This document shows positions 53,705 through 64,000 of a DNA stretch of 64,000 nucleotides, one piece after another. The stretch is from Limnohabitans sp. Lineage in GTDB: Bacteria; Pseudomonadota; Gammaproteobacteria; Burkholderiales; Burkholderiaceae_C. The stretch covers positions 40,329-104,328 of the forward strand of contig DAIQOH010000001.1 of assembly GCA_036787995.1 (NCBI GenBank), in the 5' to 3' direction. Each line of letters starts with the position of its first letter. Position 1 is the first letter of the stretch. The position numbers were made by a program, and so were the translations under genes. Below the pieces are notes generated by a model. It did not search any database. It saw only the letters and a list, made by a program, of their open reading frames with translations, and had not been told where the DNA came from.

Positions 53705-55636
53705 TCAGGTTTCGGTTAAATCTATCAATTCAAGCCATTCAGATTCGAGCAGCTGTAATTTTTCTTCGGCTGCTTTCAGTTCGCTTCCAAACGTCGCTAA
53801 TTCTGTGGGAATTTGGGTAGATGACAGGGCTTGCAACAAGCGTTGTTTTTCTTCTTCCAAGCTTTGAATATCTGACTCTAGGCGCTGTTGCTTTTTTTGC
53901 AGTCCCGGCGATGTTGATTTTTTTGATACAGTTTTTAAGGCTTGAGAAGCAGGTTGGGTATTGGGTTTGGCGACTTCAGCTTGTGCCGCTGTTTTCAAGC
54001 GCTTGGCCTCGTCGAGCAAAAATTGCTGGTAATCGTCCAAGTCGCCTTCAAAGGGAGCGATACCGCCTTTAGAGACCAGCCAAAATTCATCACAAACCGC
54101 ACGCAACAAAGCGCGGTCATGGCTGACCAACATCACCGTTCCCTCAAACTCGTTTAAGGCCATGGACAAAGCCTCTCGGGTGGTCAGGTCTAGATGGTTG
54201 GTTGGCTCATCCAACAACAGCAGATTGGGGCGCTGCCAGACCATCATGCACAGCACCAAGCGTGCTTTTTCGCCGCCGCTCATGCTGCCTACACTTTGCT
54301 TGACCATGTCGCCACCAAAATTGAACTGTCCTAAAAAGCTACGCAAGTCTTGTTCGCGTGAGGCTTGTCCGGCGAGCTTTCCCTCAGCAGCCACTTTTTT
54401 GGCTAAGGCAATCATGTGATCAAGTGGGTTGTCCGCAGGTCGCAGTACATCCAATTCTTGTTGCGCAAAATACCCAATATGGAGCCCTTTGCCTTCCGTG
54501 ATTTCACCGTTAATAGCATTTAAGTCACGCGCAATGGTTTTCACCACCGTAGATTTACCTTGTCCGTTGGCACCCAAAATACCAATACGCTGGCCCGCCA
54601 AGACCGATTTGCTGACGTCGCGAACAATGATGGTGGAGGAAGTGCCGTTAGGGGCATCTTGGGCCGCAGGATAACCAAAGTCCACATGTTGCATAGACAA
54701 CATGGGATTGGGTAGATTGGCTGGTTCTTTGAATTCAAACTGAAAATCTGCTTCCGACATCAAGGGTGCAATTTTCTCCATGCGGTCTAAAGCTTTGACA
54801 CGGCTTTGTGCTTGCTTGGCCTTGCTGGCTTTAGCTTTAAAGCGTGCAATGAATTTTTGTAGATGTGCAATCTTGTCTTGTTGTTTGGCAAACGCATTTT
54901 GCTGCAAGGTCATTTGCTCGGCACGCATGTCCTCAAACTTGCTGTAATTACCCCCATAGCGAACCAGTTTGCCCGCGTCAATATGCAAGGTGACATTGGT
55001 TACCGCATCTAAAAATTCCCGGTCATGGCTGATGACCAGCAAAGTGCCTTCATAGCGTTTCAACCAAGATTCAAGCCACACCAGTGCATCCAAATCCAAA
55101 TGATTGGTGGGTTCGTCAAGCAGCAACAATTCGGTTGGACACATGAGTGCACGGGCCAATTGCAAGCGCATACGCCACCCACCGGAAAAACTGTTGACAG
55201 GATTGTTCAATTCAGAAGTTTTAAAGCCCAAACCTTGGATCAAGGCCTGGGCACGAGAAGCCGAATCATGTTCACCCGCATCATGCAAAGCCATGTAAGC
55301 ATTGGCCATGCGTTCGCCGTCCTCCGTAGCCTCTGCTGCTGCCACTTCTGCGCGGGCCGCCACCAATTCGGTATCGCCTTCAATCACAAAGTCGGTTGCA
55401 CTGGCATTGGTCTCGGGCATGTCTTGGGCTACCTGCCCCATACGCCATTGGTGGGGAATATCGAATTCGCCAGAATCCTCTGTCAGGCTGCGATTGAGCA
55501 AGGCGAACAAAGACGATTTGCCAGCACCATTGCGGCCCACCAAGCCCACTTTTTCACCTGGGTTCAAACTGACCGACGCTTGGTCGAGCAAAACTTTGGC
55601 GCCGCGACGCAAGCTGATATTTTTAAGTGTGATCAT
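53705..55636 (-). CDS. ABC-F family ATPase (YheS-like)
   Basis: Two ABC domains (GRNGAGKS, FSGGWRMR; GANGQGKS, SGGEKARL), no TM segments. Confidence 0.93.
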   Translation of the reverse strand: MITLKNISLRRGAKVLLDQASVSLNPGEKVGLVGRNGAGKSSLFALLNRSLTEDSGEFDIPHQWRMGQVAQDMPETNASATDFVIEGDTELVAARAEVAAAEATEDGERMANAYMALHDAGEHDSASRAQALIQGLGFKTSELNNPVNSFSGGWRMRLQLARALMCPTELLLLDEPTNHLDLDALVWLESWLKRYEGTLLVISHDREFLDAVTNVTLHIDAGKLVRYGGNYSKFEDMRAEQMTLQQNAFAKQQDKIAHLQKFIARFKAKASKAKQAQSRVKALDRMEKIAPLMSEADFQFEFKEPANLPNPMLSMQHVDFGYPAAQDAPNGTSSTIIVRDVSKSVLAGQRIGILGANGQGKSTVVKTIARDLNAINGEITEGKGLHIGYFAQQELDVLRPADNPLDHMIALAKKVAAEGKLAGQASREQDLRSFLGQFNFGGDMVKQSVGSMSGGEKARLVLCMMVWQRPNLLLLDEPTNHLDLTTREALSMALNEFEGTVMLVSHDRALLRAVCDEFWLVSKGGIAPFEGDLDDYQQFLLDEAKRLKTAAQAEVAKPNTQPASQALKTVSKKSTSPGLQKKQQRLESDIQSLEEEKQRLLQALSSTQIPTELATFGSELKAAEEKLQLLESEWLELIDLTET

Positions 55637-56496
55637 GCCAACAATGCCGATCGTGTGATCAGCAGTACCTGTGTATCGCCTGCACTGGTGGACAGGCCGG
55701 TGAATTCCAAATGCGGGAATGCCGCTATGAAGTGCGCATATTCATTGCCAATTTCAAGCACCAAAATCCCATCTTCTTTCATGTATGAGGGCGCCAGGCG
55801 AAGTAACTGGCGAATAAAGTCCATGCCATCTGTGCCTCCAGCCAAGGCCAAGAAGGGTTCGGCTTGAAACTCAAGCGGTAGCAGAGACATGCTGTGGGCG
55901 TTCACGTAGGGTGGGTTGCAAACCATCAGATCAAAACGCCCTTGCGCCTGTGATAAGCCATCTGAAGCCACCAGTTGCACACGCTTTTGCAACCCATGTC
56001 GCTCGAGGTTGACAGCAGCAACGGCCAAAGCCTCTTCAGAAATATCTAAAGCCTGCACATCTAATTGGGGGTAGGCAAGGGCGACCAACACCGCCAAACT
56101 GCCGCCTCCTGTGCACAAATCCAAAGCATGGCTTGCTTCGGGGTTAAGCCATGGGTCTATGCTGCCATCGGCCAAGACTTCGGCAATCAAACTGCGCGGA
56201 ATCAAACAGCGTTCATCTACATAAAAAGACACGCCTTGAAGCCAAGCCTCTTGGGTCAAGTAGGCCAAGGGTTTGCGTGTCTGAATACGTTGGTCAAGCA
56301 ATTTACATACGGCTTGAACAGCAGTTTCAGGCAGGTCATCTCTCAAGGTATGGGTGTCAACATCCAATGGCAGACCCAGTTTCCATAAAACCAGCCAAGC
56401 AGCCTCATCTGAAGCTTGCAAAGTGCCTTGCCCAAAACTTACTTGCGCATCTTCTAAAGCCTTTGTGCAAAGTTCAATCAAAGCAGCAGGTGTCAT
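55633..56496 (-). CDS. prmB: 50S ribosomal protein L3 N5-glutamine methyltransferase
   Basis: [33 protein letters not shown]. Confidence 0.94.
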   Translation of the reverse strand: MTPAALIELCTKALEDAQVSFGQGTLQASDEAAWLVLWKLGLPLDVDTHTLRDDLPETAVQAVCKLLDQRIQTRKPLAYLTQEAWLQGVSFYVDERCLIPRSLIAEVLADGSIDPWLNPEASHALDLCTGGGSLAVLVALAYPQLDVQALDISEEALAVAAVNLERHGLQKRVQLVASDGLSQAQGRFDLMVCNPPYVNAHSMSLLPLEFQAEPFLALAGGTDGMDFIRQLLRLAPSYMKEDGILVLEIGNEYAHFIAAFPHLEFTGLSTSAGDTQVLLITRSALLA

Positions 56497-57650
56497 GCGC
56501 TGGTGTGGCGCTGCAAGCCTTGCAAAATGCGAAGGTATATGTTTTTCAAAGTATCGATATCGCTGACGCGAACATACTCGTTGATTTTATGAATGCTGTC
56601 ATTGGGGGGGCCCACTTCAATGACCTGAGGACATAACTGTGCAATAAAGCGAGCATCACTGGTCCCCCCAGAGGTGGACAACTCTGTGTGTATGCCCGTT
56701 TCGGTATGAATTGCATTTTGAACCACACCCAGCAAATCCCCTGGGGTCGTTAGAAAAGGTAAGCCACCCAAGGTCCAATGCAAGCTGAAATCCAATTGGT
56801 GATGACTCAACACAGCTTCCAAGCGTTGCTTGAGTGACTCCGCCGTGGATTCAGTACTGAATCGAAAATTGAAATCAATCACCACCTCGCCAGGGATCAC
56901 ATTGTTTGCACCGGTTCCCGCGTGGATATTGCTCACTTGCCAGCTGGTTGGTTGAAAAAAATCGTTACCGTGGTCCCAGTGAATGGTGGTCAATTCAGCC
57001 AATGCAGGTGCAAACAAATGAATGGGGTTACGTGCCAATTGCGGGTAGGCAATATGCCCTTGCACACCTTTGATGGTGAGTTTGCCGCTGAGAGTCCCTC
57101 GGCGACCATTTTTCACCATGTCGCCTGTTCGTTGGACTGCGGTAGGCTCACCGACGATACACCAGTTGAGTTTTTCTTCTCGCGCTTTGAGCCACTCGAC
57201 TACCTTTGCCGTGCCATCGACAGAGGGACCTTCTTCATCACTGGTGAGCAAAAAAGCAATGGAAAAGCCTGGTTGTTTTTCCTGCTGCAAAAACTCTTCA
57301 GTGGCCACCACCATGGCGGCCAAAGAGGTTTTCATGTCGCTGGCACCACGACCAAACAATTTGCCATCTCGGTGACTGGGAGTGAAAGGGTCGGATACCC
57401 ATTGGTTTAAGGGGCCTGTAGGAACCACATCGGTGTGGCCAGCAAACACCAGCGTAGGCACCTGCATCGGTATGCGTTTGACAGCCCACAAATTACTCAC
57501 TCGGAAATGGTCTGGCCCAAAATTCAGATGATGCAATTCGAATTGCAAAGCGCCTAGGCGTTTACCCAAAATCTCTAGGCAACCCGCATCATCTGGGGTC
57601 ACAGAGGGGCGAGCGATCAGTTGCTCGGTCAATGCGAGGGTGGCTGACAT
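56493..57650 (-). CDS. dapE: Succinyl-diaminopimelate desuccinylase
   Basis: [38 protein letters not shown]. Confidence 0.96.
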   Translation of the reverse strand: MSATLALTEQLIARPSVTPDDAGCLEILGKRLGALQFELHHLNFGPDHFRVSNLWAVKRIPMQVPTLVFAGHTDVVPTGPLNQWVSDPFTPSHRDGKLFGRGASDMKTSLAAMVVATEEFLQQEKQPGFSIAFLLTSDEEGPSVDGTAKVVEWLKAREEKLNWCIVGEPTAVQRTGDMVKNGRRGTLSGKLTIKGVQGHIAYPQLARNPIHLFAPALAELTTIHWDHGNDFFQPTSWQVSNIHAGTGANNVIPGEVVIDFNFRFSTESTAESLKQRLEAVLSHHQLDFSLHWTLGGLPFLTTPGDLLGVVQNAIHTETGIHTELSTSGGTSDARFIAQLCPQVIEVGPPNDSIHKINEYVRVSDIDTLKNIYLRILQGLQRHTSA

Positions 57651-57651
57651 C

Positions 57652-58476
57652 TCAGTCGCGCAACAGGTCGTTCAAGCTGGTTTTGGCACGTGTTTGGGCA
57701 TCCACCCTTTTGACAATCACGGCGCAGTAAAGGCTGTACTTACCGTCTGCACTGGGCAGGTTGCCAGACACAACAACCGATCCCGCCGGTACGCGACCGT
57801 ATGTGACTTCACCCGTTGAACGGTCGTAAATTTTGGTGCTTTGACCAATGTACACCCCCATAGAAATGACCGAGTTTTCTTCAATGATGACGCCTTCCAC
57901 CACTTCAGAACGCGCACCAATAAAACAATTGTCCTCGATGATGGTGGGATTGGCTTGCACAGGTTCTAAAACGCCACCAATGCCAACACCACCAGACAGG
58001 TGTACGTTCTTGCCAATCTGTGCGCATGAGCCCACAGTCGCCCAAGTGTCGACCATGGTGTTTTCGTCGACATAAGCGCCAATATTCACATAGCTGGGCA
58101 TCAAGATAGCTCCTTTGGCAATGTAGCTGCCACGACGTGCAACCGCAGGTGGCACCACCCGCACACCGCTGGCTTTCATATGCGCCTCGTCCATGTTGGA
58201 GAACTTGGTTTGAACTTTGTCGTAAAAGCCCAATTCACCTGCTTTAACAACAGCGTTGTCTTTCAAACGAAATGAAAGCAACACCGCTTTTTTGATCCAT
58301 TGGTGCGTGGTCCATTGCCCCACCGCTTCACGGGTGGCAACCCGCACGCGACCTGCATTCAATTCGGCAATAACGTGTTCAACCGCATCGCTCAACTCTT
58401 TAGGCGCGGAGGAGGGGCTGTATTGGGTACGGTTTTCCCAAGCGGTATCAATGATGGATTGCAGTTGTTGGCTCAT
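57652..58476 (-). CDS. dapD: 2,3,4,5-tetrahydropyridine-2,6-dicarboxylate N-succinyltransferase
   Basis: [29 protein letters not shown]. Confidence 0.97.
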   Translation of the reverse strand: MSQQLQSIIDTAWENRTQYSPSSAPKELSDAVEHVIAELNAGRVRVATREAVGQWTTHQWIKKAVLLSFRLKDNAVVKAGELGFYDKVQTKFSNMDEAHMKASGVRVVPPAVARRGSYIAKGAILMPSYVNIGAYVDENTMVDTWATVGSCAQIGKNVHLSGGVGIGGVLEPVQANPTIIEDNCFIGARSEVVEGVIIEENSVISMGVYIGQSTKIYDRSTGEVTYGRVPAGSVVVSGNLPSADGKYSLYCAVIVKRVDAQTRAKTSLNDLLRD

Positions 58477-59675
58477 GAGGATGATGGATAGTGGGATTGA
58501 ACAAATTGAACGATACGTTGCGCAGCCTCAAGACATTCCTGAGGTTGTGCCACCAAAGCCATGCGAATTCGGCCTTGACCTGGGTTGACACCTTGGACTT
58601 CACGCGCCAAATACCGCCCTGGTAACACGGTGACATTGTATTGAGCCAGTAATTGGGTTGCAAAAGCCTCATCGTCACCGTCTGGAACACCGGCCCAGAG
58701 ATAAAAACCTGCATCAGGCAAAGCCACATCCAGCACCTTGGCTAGCAAGGGTGTGATTAGGGCAAATTTTTCACGGTACAAAGCACGGTTTGCTTCAACA
58801 TGGTTTTCATCATTCCATGCCGCAATACTGGCCGCTTGCACCATGCCACTCATGGCGCTGCCATGGTAAGTGCGGTAACGTAAGAATGCCTCAATTAACT
58901 GGGCATCCCCAGCGACAAAACCACTGCGCATGCCCGGTACATTGCTGCGTTTGGACAAACTGGTAAAGCTAACCAAACGAGGAAATCCTGTTCGACCAGA
59001 CAATTGGGCCGCCTCCAGACCACCTAAAGGTGGGGCATCGCCAAAATAGATTTCGCTATAGCACTCATCGCTGGCCAGCACAAAACCGTACTTGTCAGAC
59101 AAAGCAAACAGTTTTTGCCACTCAGTCAAAGGCATGACAGCGCCTGTGGGGTTACCAGGCGAGCACACAAAAACCAACTGCGTTTTAGCCCAAACCGCGT
59201 CTGGCACGCTGTCCCAGTCCACTGCAAAATTATTTTTTGGGCGACTGGCCACGAAATACGGTTGCGCACCTGCCAGCAAGGCCGCACCCTCATAGATTTG
59301 GTAGAAAGGGTTGGGACAAACCACCAACGAGCCCGGGGTACCGTCCATGACTGTTTGCGCAAAAGCAAACAAAGCTTCGCGTGAACCATTCACCGGTAAA
59401 ACCTGATGACTTGGGTCTAGCGTGACTTGGTAACGACGCTGAACCCAATTGGCACAAGCTTGGCGCAAGTCCAAACTGCCTGCGGTGGCCGGGTAGGCGG
59501 ATAAAGCCTCCATATTTGCCGTTAAAGCTTGTAAAACCAAGCTGGGTGCGGGGTGGCGAGGTTCACCGATACCCAGACTGATAGCGGATAAGTTTGGTTG
59601 TGGCGTCACGCCTGTAAACAAATGGCGTAAGCGCTCAAATGGATAGGGCTGAAGATGAGCAAGATGGGGATTCAT
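58473..59675 (-). CDS. dapC: Succinyldiaminopimelate transaminase
   Basis: [43 protein letters not shown]. Confidence 0.95.
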   Translation of the reverse strand: MNPHLAHLQPYPFERLRHLFTGVTPQPNLSAISLGIGEPRHPAPSLVLQALTANMEALSAYPATAGSLDLRQACANWVQRRYQVTLDPSHQVLPVNGSREALFAFAQTVMDGTPGSLVVCPNPFYQIYEGAALLAGAQPYFVASRPKNNFAVDWDSVPDAVWAKTQLVFVCSPGNPTGAVMPLTEWQKLFALSDKYGFVLASDECYSEIYFGDAPPLGGLEAAQLSGRTGFPRLVSFTSLSKRSNVPGMRSGFVAGDAQLIEAFLRYRTYHGSAMSGMVQAASIAAWNDENHVEANRALYREKFALITPLLAKVLDVALPDAGFYLWAGVPDGDDEAFATQLLAQYNVTVLPGRYLAREVQGVNPGQGRIRMALVAQPQECLEAAQRIVQFVQSHYPSSS

Positions 59676-59695
59676 GGCTGATATTATCGGGGGCT

Positions 59696-60052
59696 ATGTA
59701 CAGCCACCTCGATCCCAGCAAAGCGTATGAATTCGCCATGGACCATGCACAGATGCTGAATTTGGCGCAAACCTTCCACGAAAGCTTGGAAAAAGACCTG
59801 CAATCCTTGCACGCAGCTTTGACCCAGCATGAATCTGAACCGGTTCAACGCCTGTTGCATTCGCTCAAAGGCTATGTCACTTTTTTGTGTGGGCCAGACC
59901 TTAGCCAACAAATGATTCACCTCGAAGCCATGAGTCGAAGCAAAAGCTTGAGCGAATTGGCAGATGAGATTGCCAAAATCACGCCTTCTTTGCAAAGTCT
60001 GTTGTCTGAAATTCAGCTCTGGATAAACAAAGACTTGCGTGCGGCCGGCTGA
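59696..60052 (+). CDS. Stand-alone Hpt (histidine phosphotransfer) domain protein
   Basis: About 118-aa helical protein with LLHSLKG motif; start at ATG 59696. Confidence 0.75.
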   Translation: MYSHLDPSKAYEFAMDHAQMLNLAQTFHESLEKDLQSLHAALTQHESEPVQRLLHSLKGYVTFLCGPDLSQQMIHLEAMSRSKSLSELADEIAKITPSLQSLLSEIQLWINKDLRAAG

Positions 60053-60089
60053 TTTTTCTTTATCAAATCCACCTTGCAAAGGGTTTTAG

Positions 60090-63000
60090 GTGCGTCTTAA
60101 TTCAATCAAGCTCTCTGGTTTCAAATCATTCGCTGACCCGACGAATTTTTTGCTCCCTGGCCAATTGGTAGGCGTCGTCGGGCCCAATGGCTGTGGAAAA
60201 TCCAACATCATTGACGCGGTACGTTGGGTTCTGGGTGAAAGCCGTGCAAGCGAGTTGCGTGGCGAGTCCATGCAAGACGTGATTTTCAATGGAACAACCA
60301 GTCGCAAACCCGCCAGCCGCGCCAGCGTTGAACTGGTGTTTGACAACGCCACCCACCGTGCAGGCGGTCAATGGAATCAGTTTGCGGAAATCGCCGTCAA
60401 GCGGGTACTGACCCGTGACGGCACCAGCAGTTATTACATCAATAACCAGCCCGTACGTCGCCGTGATGTACAAGACGTGTTTTTGGGCACAGGCTTGGGG
60501 CCGCGTGCTTACGCCATCATCGGTCAAGGCACGATCAGCCGCATCATTGAATCCAAGCCAGAAGAGTTGCGATTGTTTTTGGAAGAAGCAGCCGGTGTTT
60601 CTAAATACAAAGAGCGTCGCCGCGAAACGGAAAATCGACTTGGCGATACACGTGAAAACCTCACGCGTGTGGAAGACATTCTGCGAGAACTCAACGCCAA
60701 TTTGGAAAAGCTTGAACGCCAAGCCGAGGTGGCTCAGCGCTTCAAAGACTTGCAAAGCCAGTCCACTCTTAAGCAACACCAGTTGTGGTTTTTGAAACGC
60801 ACTGAAGCCCAGGTCAACCAAGCCCAACTGCAGCAACTGACCGAAGAAGCCCATAACGCCCTCGAGGCCAAAACCGCTGATTTGCGTCATACGGAAACCC
60901 AGATCGAAACCCTGCGTCAAGCCCATTACGACGCAGGTGAACAGGTCAACCAAGCGCAAGGACAGTTGTACCAAGCCACCGCTGAGGTAGGGCGCTTGGA
61001 AGCTGAAATTCGTTTTGTGGTTGAAGGTCGCCAGCGTGCCCAAGAGCGCTTGCAACAAATACAAACACAAATTGCACATTGGACAGAGCAGGCCAGCCAT
61101 GCTGCTGATGAAACGCTGTCTTTGGTTCAAGCGAAAGAACAAGCCCAAGCCTTGTTGCACAGCAAGCAAGCTCAACGCGAAACGCAAGCGGCGCAACAGC
61201 CGCAAGCTGAGCAGCTTTGGCGCGATGCCCTCAAACAGTCCCAAGACCAAGCGGTTTTGGTGACACAAGTGCAGCAACAAATTCAGGTTTTGGCAGCAGA
61301 ACAACGTGGTTTACAAGACCAGATGCAACAACTGGAGCTGCGTCAAAACCGTTTGCAACTGGATCAACACGCTTTGGCTGCCCCCGACAGCCATCATGTT
61401 GAGCGTCTAGAGATTCAGTTGCTTCAAGCACAGACCTCTGCTCAACAGTTGTCACTGGATTTGCAAAATTTAGAAGCGCAAACGCCCAGTTTGGAAGAGG
61501 ATCGCAAATCTGCGCAAGACAACAGCAACCAACAATCCGCCAAACTGGTGGAATTGCAAGCCCGTCATCAAGCATTGACGGCTTTGCAAGAAAAGTTGCG
61601 TACAGACGAACGGTTGGTGCCATGGCTGGCCAAGCACGGTTTGCAAAATTTAAAGCCTTTGTGGAATCGCGTGCACGTCACGCCGGGCTGGGAGCAAGCG
61701 TTTGAAGCAGCTTTGCGCGAGCGCTTGGCAGCCCTTGAGGTCAGCAAACTCGACAGCGTCAAAGCCTTTGCATCGGATGTTCCTCTGGCCAAGCTGAGTT
61801 TTTACAGCCCCGCGGTCAATGCGCCCTCAACCAAGTCAGGCGCTTTGTCGCCCCTGTTAGACCAGTTGAAAGTAGATGACGTCGCCTTGAAAGGATTGCT
61901 GTCCGAATGGCTGTCCGGCTGTTACAGCGCGCCCCATTTAGACGCCGCCTTATCCATGCGCGACAAATTGCAGCCCGGCGAGCAGTTGTTTATTCCTCAA
62001 GGCCATGCCGTGGGTTTGCACAGTGTGCATTTTTATGCCCCCGACTCTGAGCAAGCAGGCCTGTTGGCTCGCGCCCAAGAAATTGAAAATCTGGACAAGC
62101 AAATCCGTGCCCAATCTTTAATGGCTGAAGAGGCTCGCAATCAATTAGCGCGAGCTGAATCTGCTGCAAGCCAAGCCGCTAGCCAACGCACGCTGTTGCG
62201 TCAGCAGTCCTCAGAGGCGCAGGCCAAAGCCCACGCCTTGAATGTAGATGTCTTGCGCTTGCAGCAACAAGCACAGCAAGTTCGTGAGCGTCAAGGTCAA
62301 TTGGCCTCAGAGGTCAGCGAGCTGCAAAACCAATCGGCAATGCTTGCTCAAAGGCAACAAGCCGCGCAAGCCACATTTGAGGAGCTGGATTTACAGTTAG
62401 CACAAACCCAAGAACGCCAGGCCCAATTGCAAGATGTTTCTTTGGCCAAAGAAAAAGAATTCCACCACTTACGCGAAACGCTACAGCAAACTGATAAAGA
62501 GTGCCAAGAGGCTGAATTTCAAGTTCGCGGCTTGCAAGCTCGCCAGCAAGAATTGCAACGAACCCAGGACACGGCGTCACTGCAAATGGCCAACCTTCAG
62601 GGCGAACAAGTCAAGCAGCAAGAAGAACTCAATCTGTTGAGCGACACCACGGCGCGTGCTGGGTTACAAGACGCGTTAGCCTTGCAATCAGAGCGGGAAA
62701 CCTTGTTGACTTCCAAGCGCAGCGAATACGACGATTTAACCAACCGTTTGCGTACCTCTAACGAACAGCGGCTCAAAATTGAGCATCAACTCGAACCTTT
62801 GCGCCAAAGGATTGTGGATACCCAACTCAAGGCGCAGGCGGCTCGTCTTGGCTTTGAGCAATACGACCAACTCTTGCAAGAAGCCCAAACCGACCTAGAA
62901 GCGCTGGCAGCGACTATCGAACAAGAAACCGTGAAGTTGACAGGACTGTCTACTGAGATTGACCATTTGCAGCGCGAAATTCAATCTCTTGGCGCGGTGA

Positions 63001-63614
63001 ACTTGGCAGCCTTGGAAGAACTGGGTACGGCGCGTGAACGCAAGACTTTTCTTGATTCGCAATCAGCCGACTTGAACGAAGCCATCACCACCTTAGAAGA
63101 TGCCATCCGAAAAATTGACGTTGAAACACGTCAATTGCTAGGCGATACTTTTGAGACGGTGAACCAACATTTCGGACGCATGTTCCCCGAGTTGTTCGGC
63201 GGCGGCAATGCCAAATTGGTCATGACTGGAGATGAAATTCTGGACTCTGGCGTGCAAGTCATGGCGCAACCGCCTGGCAAGAAAAACCAAACCATTTATT
63301 TGCTTTCAGGGGGAGAGAAAGCGCTTACCGCCATTGCCTTGGTGTTTGCAATTTTTCAGCTCAACCCTGCGCCATTTTGTTTGTTGGACGAGGTGGATGC
63401 GCCTTTGGATGACGCCAATACCGACCGCTATGCCAAACTTGTCACGCGCATGTCGGGTGAAACACAGTTTTTATATATCTCTCACAACAAAATCGCCATG
63501 GAAATGGCTGAACAACTCATCGGTGTCACCATGCAAGAGCAAGGTGTCTCGCGTATCGTGGCAGTAGACATGGAGTCTGCGGTCAACATGGTTGAACCAG
63601 CGGTCAATCCATGA
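60090..63614 (+). CDS. smc: Chromosome segregation protein SMC
   Basis: GFKSFAD, GPNGCGKSN, long coiled coils with hinge, LSGGEKAL, LDEVDAPLD. Confidence 0.97.
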   Translation: MRLNSIKLSGFKSFADPTNFLLPGQLVGVVGPNGCGKSNIIDAVRWVLGESRASELRGESMQDVIFNGTTSRKPASRASVELVFDNATHRAGGQWNQFAEIAVKRVLTRDGTSSYYINNQPVRRRDVQDVFLGTGLGPRAYAIIGQGTISRIIESKPEELRLFLEEAAGVSKYKERRRETENRLGDTRENLTRVEDILRELNANLEKLERQAEVAQRFKDLQSQSTLKQHQLWFLKRTEAQVNQAQLQQLTEEAHNALEAKTADLRHTETQIETLRQAHYDAGEQVNQAQGQLYQATAEVGRLEAEIRFVVEGRQRAQERLQQIQTQIAHWTEQASHAADETLSLVQAKEQAQALLHSKQAQRETQAAQQPQAEQLWRDALKQSQDQAVLVTQVQQQIQVLAAEQRGLQDQMQQLELRQNRLQLDQHALAAPDSHHVERLEIQLLQAQTSAQQLSLDLQNLEAQTPSLEEDRKSAQDNSNQQSAKLVELQARHQALTALQEKLRTDERLVPWLAKHGLQNLKPLWNRVHVTPGWEQAFEAALRERLAALEVSKLDSVKAFASDVPLAKLSFYSPAVNAPSTKSGALSPLLDQLKVDDVALKGLLSEWLSGCYSAPHLDAALSMRDKLQPGEQLFIPQGHAVGLHSVHFYAPDSEQAGLLARAQEIENLDKQIRAQSLMAEEARNQLARAESAASQAASQRTLLRQQSSEAQAKAHALNVDVLRLQQQAQQVRERQGQLASEVSELQNQSAMLAQRQQAAQATFEELDLQLAQTQERQAQLQDVSLAKEKEFHHLRETLQQTDKECQEAEFQVRGLQARQQELQRTQDTASLQMANLQGEQVKQQEELNLLSDTTARAGLQDALALQSERETLLTSKRSEYDDLTNRLRTSNEQRLKIEHQLEPLRQRIVDTQLKAQAARLGFEQYDQLLQEAQTDLEALAATIEQETVKLTGLSTEIDHLQREIQSLGAVNLAALEELGTARERKTFLDSQSADLNEAITTLEDAIRKIDVETRQLLGDTFETVNQHFGRMFPELFGGGNAKLVMTGDEILDSGVQVMAQPPGKKNQTIYLLSGGEKALTAIALVFAIFQLNPAPFCLLDEVDAPLDDANTDRYAKLVTRMSGETQFLYISHNKIAMEMAEQLIGVTMQEQGVSRIVAVDMESAVNMVEPAVNP

Positions 63615-64000
63615 GTAGCTTACAAATGTGGTTAGCCATCGTGGGTGGCGTGGTGTTGGTGATCTTGGTAGCCTACAACACGTGGACCTCTCGCCAAAAC
63701 CAACCCAAACAAGCCGAACCTCTGATCACACCAGAGGAACTTGACGCCTTAACCCATAACCAGTTGCCTGAAAATGGATCTCCACCTCTTGACAGCGGTA
63801 TTGACGATGTCTTTACCGGTATGGCGGATGACTTGCCCCAACCTAACCAGCGCGGCCAACTAGACCCGTTGATCGATGTGATGGCCACTATGGAATTGGA
63901 AACCCCCGTTTCGGGTGAGGCCGCATTGGCCGCTTTACCTCCTGTTCGCCGTGTGGGTAGCAAACTCTTTATTGTTGAGGGATTGAATGCAGACACCGGT
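63611..64000 (+). CDS. ZipA-like cell division protein (3'-truncated by window edge)
   Basis: ATG overlaps the smc stop; MSSLQMWLAIVGGVVLVILVAYNTW membrane anchor, then acidic/Pro linker and LDPLID; smc-zipA synteny. Confidence 0.8.
   Translation, partial: MSSLQMWLAIVGGVVLVILVAYNTWTSRQNQPKQAEPLITPEELDALTHNQLPENGSPPLDSGIDDVFTGMADDLPQPNQRGQLDPLIDVMATMELETPVSGEAALAALPPVRRVGSKLFIVEGLNADTG

Noticed and set aside
60126..61304. 392-aa ORF antisense to smc
   Set aside because: Shadow ORF with no independent protein signal.

Overview
A densely packed chromosomal segment from a betaproteobacterium. Gene order and proteins point to Comamonadaceae, plausibly a streamlined freshwater Limnohabitans-like organism; this is inference, not a database result. 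Most of the window is housekeeping: typA (partial), rlmB, an Hsp20, lexA, adk-kdsB-lpxK, xseA, icd-cspD-clpS-clpA, purD-hemF-nadD-rsfS-rlmH-maf-rng, msbA, tolB-pal-cpoB-tcdA, prmB-dapEDC, smc-zipA, and three tRNAs (Pro-TGG, Arg-TCT, Lys-TTT). Accessory parts are an aromatic-acid uptake/catabolism operon (benzoate-CoA ligase family, ABC transporter, pobA, CoA transferase), an acyl-CoA cluster with a split ACAD10/11-like kinase/dehydrogenase pair, and an LPS-modification cassette. The best candidate for an undescribed system is a three-gene islet abutting the tRNA-Arg 3' end. It holds two tandem exported paralogues sharing a ~150-aa domain I do not recognise, with six conserved cysteines (one a lipoprotein, one carrying His-rich DDHG repeats), plus a divergent beta-propeller lipoprotein. 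Other notable signals are a small unknown gene coupled to lexA behind two SOS boxes, a CGTC-type REP element translated inside ygiQ with an inverted sister copy after its stop, a ROSE-like RNA thermometer, and competing hairpins in front of a Crp/Fnr regulator. No integrase, transposase, phage gene or CRISPR array was seen. Start codons were chosen by eye.
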